From Ramazzottius varieornatus (Eukaryota; Animalia; Tardigrada), in the NCBI GenBank assembly GCA_001949185.1, contig BDGG01000002.1:4764448-4828447 (forward strand): DNA of 64,000 bases, read 5' to 3'. Position 1 is the first letter of the stretch, and the number at the start of each line of letters is the position of its first letter. The notes below the pieces were generated by a model that saw only the letters and a program-made list of their open reading frames with translations, did not search any database and was not told the origin of the DNA. This document shows positions 51,101 to 63,889 of the stretch, piece after piece. The position numbers and the translations under genes are program-made.

Positions 51101-51743
51101 TAAGGAAGTTCTCCCTTACACGAAGACTTTCGACGAGCTCGCGGAAACTTTCCATGGCGTTCCCGAAAGCCGTGGAGAAGCCTCTTCAGGAAGAAAGCTG
51201 TGTGACTGAAACATTAGTTGCAACTCGAACGGTCAGCGATCCCACGACGCCCAGTCCATCCTCCAGGAAACGTTTGCTGACCATGCTAACAAAGCCTGCC
51301 AAAGAAGGAAAACCTTCGATAAAGATCGACCAGCCTAATAAGTTCAAACGGGAGAAGAAAGCTGCTTTCCAGCTCGGAGTCATTCTCGGAGCCTTCTGTT
51401 TGTGCTTCTTACCATATTTTATAAGGTAACACAACTGCAGCCTTCGAGAAACCACATGATTAACGTTGGGGTTCTTGCTTTCAGCTTTATCATAACGGCA
51501 TTCTGTCCTACCTGCGTCAGTCCGTCGGTCCATCAGCTGTTCACTTGGCTTGGCTACATGAACAGCACGATAAATCCCGGGCTCTATCCGTGGACAAACG
51601 CCAACTTCCGGTCTGCTTTCCGAAAGATGTTGCGGATGCCGGAAGTGAAGAAGCCGGTGACCTACAATCAACTTCATAACAAAGCTTCTGTTAGACCGCA
51701 CCAGCATGGAAGGGTTCGCAAGGCCGACATTGCGCAAGTGTAA
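48189..51743 (+). CDS. HRH1: Histamine H1 receptor-like class A GPCR; exons 48189-48398, 48729-48911, 50224-50485, 50564-51425, 51485-51743
   Basis: TM3 WLVLDYVASTASIF, ECL2/TM5 CDTEF...FKVVTAILNFYVP, long ICL3 ending REKKAAFQLG, TM7 WLGYMNSTINP, all characteristic of H1 receptors. All four introns are in phase. Confidence 0.85.
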
Positions 51744-52735
51744 ATAATTTCATTTGCTGGTTGATACTGCGCGTAATGTTATAAAAAATGAATTTTTCGA
51801 GAGAACGTCGTACCGGGTAGGAAGTTCAACTTTAGGGCAAGTTGTGGATGGAAGAAACTTTCGGTCCTCGTGGAGTCATCTTGTTGCTTCGCATGTCTCC
51901 TTGCTTTCGTCCACTTTTTGAGTCCATTCCAGCTTCCATGGTCTGCACACTCCGCATTTTGGCAACAGAGAAACCGCACTACGTCCATCCTTCGAGGCTC
52001 CGAGTGTGATAGAAGATAAGGGAATCGAGATATGATCCAAAGGCCTTTGTTAGAAATTGGAATCGGGTTGAAAATGGGAATCTAAAAGAAAGAAGGAAAT
52101 ACGGCGCTGTGCATGGGTACTGTCAATGTGCGTAGGCTACGCGTATGTTCGATCAATCAACCGACAAGTCATCCGACAGATCTGGGATTACTGAAGAGGA
52201 AGATAGCCAGTCTTGTTTACATGAATTACATCCGGTTTTTCGACTTTGGTCCGCTCGCCGCATCGGTAGTTTTACCTGACCATAACGGTTTCACCTATTC
52301 AAGACGGCCGCGACCCACAAGGTGAAACGATACTGTACGCTCTAAACTTCTTGCCCATGATGTGCTAGCTTCGTTCTCGCTTCGCTTCTGTTTCCCTTCC
52401 TGTAAGTGAATCCTTGCTCCGTATGTGGACCTACAAGGAGGTCAAAGAACCCAAGTCTATTGATGAATAAAATTACGAATAGTCATAACCGTCAAGTATA
52501 ATCATTATTTGGATGAAAACGAAAAGGATGGTAAGGACACACGATAAAAAAATTCACATGTAATCATGCGGTGTCGGAAATGGGGTGTCGGCAAAGAACT
52601 CTTCAACCCACCGAGATACGAAAGTATCGAACAAATAGAACCATAATGGAATCACTCATCTGCGCGAAATCTTGTGAGCTGAAAACTTTCTGATAAAAAA
52701 CAAGAATGGATCGGGAACGAGAAAGCCCAGGTTGG

Positions 52736-53812
52736 TCAAGAGTCTTCTCCGTCACTAACATCATCTACGGGATCCACTCTGACCACGGATGTCGCGGTAT
52801 ACTGCTGCATCGCGTTGGTCATCTGTGCCTGTTGTCCTTTCCTCAGCTTCTCTCCCTTCCTCCATAGGATAATTTCTTGCTGCTTGAAGTACCGTCTTTC
52901 TTCCTCGTCCACCAATACCAGGTTCAGGAAGTACCTCACGGAGAACTTTTTGTTGATGTCCTTCATGGTAGGTGTGAGATCGTACCCGGCAAGGAACAAG
53001 CGGATTGGAATGCTTTCACCTCTCACGGGTGCACCATCCATGATCTCGAACTTGGCAATGGTTTCAGAGTCCTGAAAGAGCGACGGCGTGCTGCCACTCA
53101 TCTCCCGTTTGATGATGGCCAACTCCATATGCTTTATCTTTATCCGAACCAACAGAAAGTAGATCTTGCCAACGATGGTGTCTTTCAAGTGGTACTTCGA
53201 CTTGTTGTACTCAAACTCGATGTGGAGACAGTCTTCTATTCCGACTTCCATCTTGATACTGTGAATACAAAAAACAAGCAGGTAGTTACACGATCGAGCT
53301 CAACTGACCGGACGTGCAGCTGTGCTATACCTGTTATTCACATCTGGATAAGTCGAAAGACTATGTACGATGATGTCCTGTTCCCTGACGATGTCGGACA
53401 TTCTTCTGGAGATGACCACTCGGACAAAGTAGCGTAGCTTAACATTGTTGCCTGTATAGCTTTCGTAGGGCTTTTCCACTTGAGCAAAGTCGAAGGAGAA
53501 GGTGGTGTTCTCGGTTAGGTCGCCTGGCCGAGCCAGATCCTTCACCAGCGAGACAAACTCGTGATGGTTTCCTCGATCGTAGAACAACTCGATCTGACCG
53601 ATGAATTCCACCTTGATGCCTTGGTGCTCCAGCTTTTGTCCAGCCTTCTTCAACGTGATGTTTACCTTACCGGAAACACCCTCTCCGTCATAGTACAACA
53701 GTAGCTTATCTTTGCGATCGTCAACTGTGCGGATTTCTGCAGTTTTTCTTGTATCTGCACCATCCAGCTGAATGTCAATCTCGGCCGATTGTCCGAATCC
53801 CAAGAAATTCAT
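52736..53812 (-). CDS. VPS26: Retromer subunit VPS26; exons 53331-53812 and 52736-53258
   Basis: FLGFGQSAEIDI...LEHQGIKVEFIGQIEL...[29 protein letters not shown]...GESIPIRLFL...RRYFKQQEI; phase-2 intron. Confidence 0.97.
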
Positions 53813-54028
53813 CCTCGTTTGCCCCTGTAGATAATCTTGGACTCACATTAAGGCGAGACTTCCGTCACTTGACGCGGAGACGTCCGCTCGACCCCCAAGA
53901 TGATAATTCCGTCTTATCTGTCCAGTATCGTCTCCTCAGCCTTCGACCTACAAATAAACGAATGTGAACTTATACCCAGATTAGTATCCTACAGATTTAA
54001 TGGAGAATCGTTGGACTTCCTACGACTT

Positions 54029-54071
54029 GAAAGATCCTTCCAGAAAAGATCCTTCCAGAAAACATCCTTCC
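54029..54071. repeat. 15-bp tandem repeat x3 upstream of VPS26
   Basis: gaaagatccttcca gaaaagatccttcca gaaaacatccttcc. Confidence 0.8.
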
Positions 54072-56193
54072 GTAAATTTGAAATTTGAAATGTTTGAAAA
54101 AATTAATTATGACCGATTCACACTGCAGAAACTGCGATTTTGCCCCGTACGCAACTCACTTGTACGTCCGTCGTCACAAGATCTGATTGGGTACTCAGGA
54201 CCTGGTAGAACCGCCCACGGCCAAACAGCTGGCACGGCCTGGAGTTAGCGGTCTCTGTGAGATCTGTGCCAGTGGGTTGTGAAACACAGAACCATTCCTC
54301 CGAAGTTTCATTTTGTAAATTTTCTGGTCTGCAAAGCGGCTTTGGGATCACGTTTGACCACTGTCCAAATGCACTGCCACTGCGTTCATCTCTGTTGGAA
54401 AGGTTTTAATATTTGATTGGGATGTCTAATGACTGTTCTGCTATCGTTTGATCCAAGATCGTCGGCGACCGGACTGGAATACTGGAGGAAATTACAGCAC
54501 ATCGTGTATTAGCTGCGCGGATGATTTCTCGGATTTCACCTGATGTCGAATGACAGGACGAACTGCATTCGAAGAATGACATTCATGCAACGGTATGTTA
54601 TTCCTTCTTTATAGTGAAGTGTTATGCTTCATCCGGTGCCATACGTTCTCGTGAATAGGCGAATTGAATTCTGGAGTGAACTCCATCAAATAATTTGATG
54701 AATGAGCGCAATCGTCCAGGATTGTCAATTTAACGGCCTTATCTTCCCTCGGTAGAGAGACCAAGAGATATCGTCTGTCAAGAGTGAGAACGGAGCGCGT
54801 CAGGATGATGTTGTCATTCTGTAAACTAGACTGGCAGTCCGCACTCTTTGATTTCCAATAACTTTCAGCAACTTCCTTTTCACTTTCGGGGTATCACTGC
54901 AATCGAAACTTTCGACAACATGCATAGATCGCTTGAACGCCCTATCCGTGTACATTTCTCTTTGACAGGAAGAATATCATATAACGAAAACTGCATCTTT
55001 TTCCCAGCATCATTGGGCAAGAAAATGCAAAGGAGGAATTTATGCTTGAAAACAAGCTAGTTACATTGTTTTGATATCGGTTGTTGAATCCGAGGAACTC
55101 GAAAGAGTTCGCTAGATCGATCAAACAGTTTTCATAATAGTGTCTTTCTTCTCCCCAGGGATTCTTAGCGTAAAACGATGCGCTGGCCGAAAGCATTCTC
55201 TCCGTGGTGTATCTAATCATTTGTTTAATTGGGCAGAGCGTTCTTGACGTTAGAGGATCGAGCCTAGCATGGAGGATGGAGGACCCCGTCCGATGGTCCC
55301 TCAACGAGCGTTTGCTTTTACTATCAAAAGTCTATGCATGTTGCGTTCCCCAGGGTGATCGTCGCGCCTAAATGAGTTAGCAGTGGACACCAGTGCATAA
55401 TGCCGGGCCATTAACTCGTTGGGGTTCTTCATCACAGGCAGACGCAACCCTCATTTTGTCTGTTTGTTTGATGAGGAAGAATCCGTGCACCATCCCACTT
55501 TTAATCAAGCTAATCAAATATTATTATTGCCCCTTCTCGTGTGTTCGACTGTGCTTTCATTTACTCGCTTGCCTTGGCTTTTTCCTTTGTGAAACTCTGC
55601 TTATCGATTTGGCTGGTGTCGGTCGGGAAGAGACGGCCACTCACGAAACCAATAAAAGATGCAAAATATAATTAGCCCACATCTTCCGAACAGTCTATAT
55701 ATGCTGGGTGGGGAGATAGTGATCGAGGAAGCTCTTCTGTGTGTCAGATGCAATGTGTATGGACAAAGGAAAGGGGAAGAAGAGTTTGGCGATCGAGGCG
55801 CGAGCGCATCGTTTCCACGCTCCAGTAACTCTTTGGTGAACTAATGGTTTGGAAAGACCTTCTCCCAGCGAGTAATGGTTTCCTTGCTGCATAATGCTCA
55901 CCACGTTTGACAGCTTCATTCAAGACTTTCCGAGCTCTCAAAGTGTAGCACTTTGATGTACAAGGAAGACTGCTCGAGGCAACTCAGAACATAATTCACG
56001 CAATAAGGATCGATGATTAAAAATACGAACGACCGAAAAACTAAAGTATATCTCCGAGCAATCTAATTTGACGGAAGAACAGTCTATTACTCTCAATGGC
56101 TTTATTTATTTCTATACCTCAGCTTGGCGTAATTCATGAGAACGGCAGTCCTCGGCCGGCAAACCGTAGAATTTATATGCGACGTGGGCTAAG

Positions 56194-56290
56194 GATTCGA
56201 GCCAGATCGTTCTCCCAAGTTGCGCACTCGTTCGTCCGAGAACAATAAGTTAGAAACTTGCGCCACTTGAGGTAGAGATCTGATTCAGTT
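56194..56290. repeat. ~90-bp palindromic element, copy 6 (5' region or probable first intron of dispatched)
   Basis: gagccagatcgttctcccaagttgcgcac-loop-ttgcgccacttgaggtagagatctgattcagtt. Confidence 0.8.
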
Positions 56291-56349
56291 CGTTTCCCCG
56301 TGTCTCATATTACTTTGTGAAAAGACTGGTTATTTAGAATATTTTCTAG

Positions 56350-59300
56350 TGGGAAAACTCAGGTACGAAGTACTCAAAATGGCATAGTAGCGAATTGGTT
56401 CTTTTCTTGCAGGTACTCTGTGTTTCTCTCACAGCACCCTTTTGTGATCGTGGTTTCGGCGTTCGTGGGGAACCTAGTGATTTTGCTGATCATTCTGTGC
56501 ACGGACAATATCCCAGCTTTCGACGACCCTCAAGCTGTAAGTGAGAGACTCTCCGGAAACCCAAATATAGATCGCGAGTATCAGTTGGTAAAGGTCTGCG
56601 TGACACCGCACTCTCTTTTCACTTGTGAGTTTTTTATTAGGAACTCCATTTAAGTTTAAATTACATGTTTGGGTTATATACAGGGCTTTGAACCACGAGG
56701 CACATTGATTAATCAACGAACTCAGGCCTGGAAGGCGCTTTTTCAACAAACAGAAGCTGACAGTAGCGTGACGTCTTTCATACCGGAATTGGTTCGGGAT
56801 AAGGATGAGGAATCGGAAGACTATGACGGGCCACAAAGATTACAGTCCCCTGCGTCGTACTTGCGTAGTCCCCATGTGCAGATGGAACATGTCAAGATAG
56901 CTCGCGACGATAAAGGAAGTTGGCCAATCAGCAGGAACATTTTCTGCAGCGACCCTGGTAAAAAACTTTTGTATTTCGTATGATCAATAAAACTATAATT
57001 TAATAATAGCATAATATCAGTCAATATTCTTGTGATACATGATCTAGTTGTATTAATCCGTGCAAAAACAAGCCGAAAAGATCTTTTTTCGGAGTGGCGC
57101 ATTCTTCCGAATATTATCACCGGAGACGTGCGCCACTTAGAAAAAACATCCTGACGTGTTTACTCTGCGGTGCTCCGAAAATTCGCAAAGTAAAAGGGAA
57201 ATTTTCTTTTTCAACACGGACTTTCGCAGAACGATAACAGGGTTTCGCATTTTTTAGTGAGGAACTTCGCGCGCGTGATATTTCGCCGTGAAGATGGGGA
57301 TAGCATGCTGGATTTCGGCGCGTTACGCGACGTCTGCCTTATCGATCGCAAAATTCGAAGGCTGCCGACGTTCAAAAAGATGGCTGAAAGGAACGACCGG
57401 AAGATGTGTCTCAGTTGGACGCTTCCCAATTATGTCGCCGCTTTTCACAATAAGTCAACCTGCGCTCACATAACTGAGGAAGACGTGCTCAGCCTACAAA
57501 GAGCTTCCTCCTTCTGTCTCCCATTCTTCCTGGAAGGAAGGTTAACGGAAGATTGCTGGGTCGGTGAAAGGAACAACTGCCCGAATACGCCAGATGTCTG
57601 TTGTCGAGAGAACCTTTTTCATCATATCTTCACTTTCATTAGCGATAGAGAGTCTCTGGGGAGCAATTATACATCATCCAAATACACTCTGGCCCTGCTT
57701 CCGGTTTGGAGCAGCTTGCACGCTCTTCCCCTGTACAAGGAAATGCGCGCGCAGAATCTGAGTACCCCTAATGTCAAACTGCTGGCTATTGACATGGGGC
57801 TGAAAGATGGGCTTTTTGAGACTTATTTCGTGGAGGACGCCCTTTTTATGGTGATTGCCGCCGTGATGATGATCGTCATCTTGTGGATCTACACGGTCTC
57901 CCTCTTCGTAACTGTGATGAATGTGATGGCCATTTTCAGCTCCCTCATCGTTGCATATTTCATTTACACTTTTGTACTGAAGATAAGGTTCTTCCCTTTC
58001 ATGAACCTCCTTGCCTGCGTCATAATGATAAGCATAGGTATGAACGTCTCAAACAGCCACAAACTCGCCACAGAAACAGATCTGTGACTATTTATCCTTA
58101 CTTTTTAGGGTCCGATGCTCTGATTATCTATGCCCGATTGTGGCGGCTGGCTAAAACTGAGAAGAACGATGGAAAGTTCGAAAAGGTTAGCTTTTTCAAA
58201 AACTGGGTTTATAAAGCAAATATCCGCGTAAGTAATATCCAAACGGGTTGAACTGGGATTAATGCGAAGGAGTTACACAGAGTGGCGCACGTTTTCATTG
58301 TCCCTGCCCGGTGGCGTGCGCCACTTGATAGCAAATGATCTTGTTCAAGTTATTTTCCCGCGTCCCACTTTAGTTGAAGTTTCTGCCGGAACCGCAAGTT
58401 AGCCTTTCGTAGGTGATTCAAGCTACCGTGTGCCACGCCGCCAAAGCCATTTTTCTCGCCAGTGCAACAGCTTCTGCGTCCCTCTTCGCCGATTGTGCCT
58501 CGCCCATTGTTGCCATCCGGTGCTTTGGGATTTTCGCCGGACTGACGATCCTCATCCACTCACTCTTCGCCGTAACATGGATCCCTGCCTTTTTCGTGGT
58601 GTCCGACAAATGGAGTCTCAGTTCTTCCATTTGTGACTTCCTTTTTTACAAGCATCCCCGTGATAACAAGCCAGCACTTTGCCGGTTTTTCCAGCATGCT
58701 CAACTGTGCCATTCCTCTCTCTGTGATTGTTTCGATTGTTTTCGAGTCGCCTTCGAGAAGATACTTCCTTGTATAGTTATACGCTTCAAATGGGTGTGGG
58801 TCTCGATTTTCTGTTTGCTCACGGTGTGTTCATGTTTTGCCATTTTCGTTTATCCAAAGCTAAGACTGGCGTCTAGCCAGAACTTCCAACTGTGGAGCAG
58901 CTCGCACCCTTGGGAACAATACCAAGCCCTGAAGGAGAACTTCGCGTTCGAGAGGCTCTCACAGCGGGCTCGACCGCCTATGCCACTGCGATTCGTCTGG
59001 GGTATCCTGCCTTCCAACGATTCGGATCTCTTTGACCCGGAAGTCATTCCCTCAGTTCGCCAAGATCCATCGATGGACATTTCCTCCTCTTCCAGTCAAC
59101 TGTGGATGCTGAACTTCTGCTATGAGCTGGAAGCACAACCCTTCTGTCAAAATTGTTCAGGTATGCGCTTTAGCACTGAATCTATCACAATGGAAGCTCC
59201 GCAGACAAACTCAACCAGATTGTTGTCCCAAGTGGCGGATGTATCTGAGGCTAACGACCCGACGCATGCACCACTTGGTGAAGTGATCTTGTCGAGCTCG

Positions 59301-61106
59301 GATTCATTTTGTTTTCTTATCCGGTGCGAGGTGCTTTCGAAATGTGGCTGCTTTCTGACAGTTTCTCACTTGGCTTTTTTCCTCAGATACGATGACTAGC
59401 GGGAAATGCTTTATGAAGTTCTTTCGCGCATGGACGGAGATCCAGCCGGATTGCCAAGGACCCAGCGTATGCTGCAACAGCGCTTCCTTCCCGTTCAACG
59501 ACACTGTCTTTGAATTGTGTTCCCGGAAGTTCCTCAAGACGGTGGGTCAGTTTGCTCCAGCCTCCTCGACCAAACTCTTTGGACCAACATACTCCTTAAA
59601 AAATTCTGTCCGGTCGTTTGTGGTCGATATAGACAGCGCATTTCCATACACGCACAGTTATGCTGAAACCAAACAGTTTGTCGATTCTGTGGAGACCTGG
59701 TTCCAAGCCATGCTCCAGTCAGCTCCCGAAGGACTGAGCCGTGGATGGTTCTACAGCCGGTTGGAGTTCTTCGACCTCCAAGATTCCTTGCTCAATGGAA
59801 CTTTAACCTCCGTTTTGATTTCATTGGCAGTTGCTTTGGTTGTCCTTTTCTTGACCACGTTGAACATTTGTGTTTCTGTCATTTCCATTGTTAATGTGAT
59901 CGGTATTATGACTGCCACAACTGCCATCCTTGTTCTGCTGGACTGGGAGCTCGGAGTCTTCGAGTCCGCCACAATCGGATTGGCCACGGGTCTTTCGTTT
60001 GACTTCACGCTACACTTTGCTGTCTCCTTTTGCGCCGCCAAGGTAAGAAAAGGTTTTTCAAAACTACTCTGCAGTTTATCCTAAATCGGATTGGCAGCCC
60101 AAACTGCGCTCACCTGCATACGCTACGTAGGGTATGAACCGTTGGGTTGCTATTTGCAGATTCATGATCTGAGCATATTCCGTTACCCTAGCTCGGCCAT
60201 CGGGGTTTTAAACTAGTTTTTTTTACGGAACGTGAATCACAAGGTGTTTTTTCCAGAAAATGGGGGACCGGGAGCTACAGACGAACCATGCTATCGCCGA
60301 AATGACAAGCCCAGTTTCCATGTCCGCCCTCACAAGTCTCGTAGTCGGTGTCTTGATGCTGCCCAGCGAAACCTTGATATACAAACAGATCGGGGTTTTC
60401 ATGATTGTCGTGATCGGCGTCAGCTTTTTCTACTCAACCTTCCTCTTCACAGCCTTACTTGCTGCTATCGGACCAAACGGAACCTTCATGCAGTTTAGCT
60501 ACCCCTCTTGCCGTAACAAACTCTGCTGCCGTCCAGACCCTTCCAAGCTGGTGGAGAAGTCCATGAATTCTTCTATGGAGTTCGATTCGGCTTTGACGAC
60601 GGGAAGTTTAGATCGGGAACGTCAGTATCAGTACCGTAAAGGAACATCGGTTAAGCTGAAAACTATGACTTCCGGTAAGGCCAATAACAACTGGAAAATA
60701 AGAAGACAGAAATCCGACAAATTTCGTTTGTTCGAAACTACCCAAAAAATATTTTATCGTTAATTTTGGGATTACTTTAGGTTATGGTGAAAAGTTAGAG
60801 ACTGTGGCAGAGGTTGTCGGAGAGGAAGATGATTCGGTCGGGGAACTGGGTTCCGTTTCTACTTCACGTGAGCCTTCACGTGGTGCTTCGCTGATTCGAA
60901 AGAATACAAAGAATTTCTTCTCCTGGGACTTTCTGACACAGAAGCTGCCTTTGACCCGACACTTCTCAGTGGCCAACAGCTCGGTCATCTACATCGACGC
61001 CGATGTCCGAAGTGTCACCTCGACGGAAATCAATCCGGATATCCCTGCGATAGTGCCGAATGTCAACAAGGATGCGCCGGAAGTTTGGGTCCGGCGGGCG
61101 GATTGA
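56350..61106 (+). CDS. DISP1: Dispatched (RND/sterol-sensing-domain Hedgehog release protein), multi-exon; first exon unresolved
   Basis: FDDPQAGFEPRGTLI, SWTLPNYVA, FFPFMNLLA, AIRCFGIFAG, FQLWSSSHPWEQY, MPLRFVWG, SQLWMLNFC, GWFYSRLEFFDLQDSL, GLSFDFTLH; 12-TM layout; in-phase introns. A 13-nt micro-exon at 56350-56362 is tentative. Confidence 0.92.
57067..57160. repeat. ~90-bp palindromic element, copy 7 (dispatched intron 56958-57257)
   Basis: agatcttttttcggagtggcgcat-loop-gtgcgccacttagaaaaaacatcct. Confidence 0.78.
58260..58351. repeat. ~90-bp palindromic element, copy 8 (dispatched intron 58186-58412)
   Basis: agtggcgcacg-loop-cgtgcgccacttgatagcaaatgatcttgttcaagtt. Confidence 0.78.
59208..59298. 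repeat. ~90-bp palindromic element, copy 9 (dispatched intron 59161-59386)
   Basis: aactcaaccagattgttgtcccaagtggcggatg-loop-catgcaccacttggtgaagtgatcttgtcgagct. Confidence 0.78.
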
Positions 61107-61512
61107 AGTGGTGAAGGACCAAAGCTACTTCCGGGAGAAAGCGCGTTATTTCTTTCTGTGATATGGTGAGGTGAATTGCTGAAACTAAACAATAAAAAAT
61201 GATGCTTGCACATCGCTTTTTTATTTCTTTTCGGCATCGTTTGTGGCATTCATTCGTAATAAACAGATGACTCAAGTCAGGCCTTATCACCTCTACGGTC
61301 TACCTGATATGCGCGAACGTAGAACCGGTTTGGCAGAAACTGTTTTTATGGTGACTAAGTACAACATTACAATGCAGAAATGAACGAGCCATGACCGCAC
61401 GAGCTAGACCACTTCACACCTTTCGTGATTTACATAACGAGGGCCGATCAACATCGCGACTGATGCGAAAATTTAGCTCACGTTTTCATCCTACTGATTT
61501 CTCTGAGAAGTT

Positions 61513-63799
61513 ATGGATGATAGGCAGGATGTGAACACGACGTCCAAAAGCCTGTTGTTATTTCAAATCCTACTGTTGTTGTGTTTGGCTTCCTTCGCCC
61601 GGTTGATCGACGGACAAAATATTCCCGTAAGTATGATCAAGCAGAACAACACTCCAACAAAAATGATGTCATTTTTTTCTAATCAAGACAGGTGGGTGCA
61701 GGATACGTCGGGAGCGGGTATGATGTCTTACTGGGAAACCCAGATGGCGCCAGTCTCGTAAGTGGAGGACTTGATCCAGGTAAGCTTATGGGCCCGCTAA
61801 AGGGTTTTTGGGCTTGAATATGGATACGTTCGAATATCCCAGCGCTACTGTACATAATCAGACTGAACATTCTTCGTCCTTCCAGGCTTGAAACCGTCCA
61901 AATTTATACTTCAAAAGACCTTCAGGGTCAGATCCTACTGCCCAGCGGAAGCCACTTGCGTCGATCTTGGTGGTACGTTTTCCGAAGAATCCTTTTCCCT
62001 TAGCGCCGACCTCCAGCAATATAAAGATGATTACTCGGCAATGTGGACCTCCGAAAGCGAGGCAGGGGTAAGTCCAGACCAATAAACCTTGTGCCAGTGC
62101 CTGATTAAAAACGGATGATTCGTGCTTTGTAGATCCTCATCTTGTCATTTGGAGGAACCCTCAGTGGATCTTACAACGAGGCAAAAAAGATAATCAATGC
62201 ACAAGAAAATGTGATTCTGAACAGACGAAGAGTTACTGTCCTCGGGGAAGCGACATACCAAACTCGAAAGTTTCGGCAGTTCGATCCGGAATTTCGCGAA
62301 GCCATCTGCGAGCTCCCGCTCAACTTCTCGCAGTCCGTCTACCTGTCCTTCATCCAAGAATGGGGAACCCACGTCATTATTGGAGTGAAACTGGGCGTGC
62401 AGGAGTCGGAGCGTGCTGTCTTCTCCAAGAAGACCATCATAAATTCTTTACAGCGCAATCAAAGTGGAGTGATAACGAACAAGGCGGGGTTCCTGTCCTT
62501 CGTCAGCAGTGCTCTGACCGGTAAGGTCTCGGACGAGCTGATGTCGGAGCTTCGATCGGACAAGGCGTCCCAGAGTCGCTCCACTTCCGCAGTCGGATCT
62601 CCAGTGTCCCCGGCACCCATTTTACTGACGTTACGAGGCATTGAGACCTTCATACGGCCATCTTCAGTCCTCGGTTGGTTATTCCATTTCCTGACTGAAA
62701 AACAAAAATGCGTCAAACCAATACCTGAATATTTGAAAGCTGGACAATCAAAATATTCAAGATCGTTATTTTCAGCGGCGCACTCGTTCAGCCAATATCA
62801 ATAAAAATGTGTGCCACTTGGAAGTAACGATCCTGTACTTCTGTTTGTCCAGCTCCCATTTGATATTGTAAAATATGAACCCAAAAAATCTGTTCCATAG
62901 CTGAAGACAAGCGATCTTCGTGTGGTCAGTGGAATATAGAAGATGATGTCGCCCAGCTGAAAGCGAACATCGTTCGAATACTTGGTCTTTACCCCAATTT
63001 GACCAACGCCCAAATACCCTCTCCATTGACTCGCCTGGCAAACCTTACGTGGCCCAGAGGATCGTATTCATTACTTATGGCAAGCTCAGGTAGAAAAGGC
63101 CTACGCGTATTCTTTTTCCCTGTATAAACTTGTTGGCGGCATGTGCAAGTATCAGTAAATGACTGTATGAACTTTCGCGACTGTTTCTCTAATTATATAC
63201 TAATTACAGGTTGTCCAGACGGGATATGGGCAAACGGAACCCGGCATCACGACACGGTTGACAGATATCCGGATAATGAATGGTCCAACGGCTTCCAGAA
63301 CGTCACCATGAGCTCGTTCTTTTACAACAACCTGGACCTGAGGTTCTGCAGTAAAGTCATGGAGTTCGACGAAGGCGCCATGGACTGGCCTCAGGGAGCT
63401 TACTGCTTCTTCAAGAAGGGCGACTGCCCAATGGGCTTCGATGTGGGTAGCTACTACGTCGACGACGAGTATTTCTTCAATGGAAACTGGTATTCCGGTA
63501 CGCTTCCGGATGGAGAGTACCGGAAGAGAACGAGATACTATTTTTGCTGTCGGGACGACGGCGTTGTCTCAAAGCCTATCTTCCTGCCGACACAAAAGTC
63601 TTTCTTTCTCATGCCGGTCGGTCCCGCCTGCCAAGTAGTTTCAGATATGCGATCAGAGCTTCATTATTTGAAAATCGATTCGATGTGGAAAGGTTGGAGT
63701 GCCATGACCGGGAAAGTACCATTTTCCACTGTGAATAACACCAACCGATGGACGGTTTATTTTTGCTACTATGAACAAGTTTCAGGTTCTGCTCCATAA
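61513..63799 (+). CDS. Apextrin-like secreted protein: signal peptide + MACPF + ApeC domain, 6 exons
   Basis: GYVGSGYDVLLGNPDG...GGLDPG; MACPF signature FIQEWGTHV; ApeC-type WPRGSYSL...GCP, DLRFCSK, WPQGAYCFFKKGDCP.GF, GTLPDGEY, YFCCRDDG, VYFCYY. Confidence 0.88.
62752..62840. repeat. ~90-bp palindromic element, copy 10 (apextrin intron 62674-62900)
   Basis: caagatcgttattttcagcggcgcac-loop-gtgtgccacttggaagtaacgatcctg. Confidence 0.8.
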
Positions 63800-63889
63800 T
63801 GTTACGCTCTAACTATTTTTGTACATCAGACAATTGGGACATATCAATAGGAAAATGACCAAGTACACCTGGACCAGGTAGCCGTGATA

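Noticed and set aside
54100-56100. Short ORFs between VPS26 and dispatched
   Set aside because: No recognisable protein; likely divergent promoter and 5' UTR/intron of dispatched.
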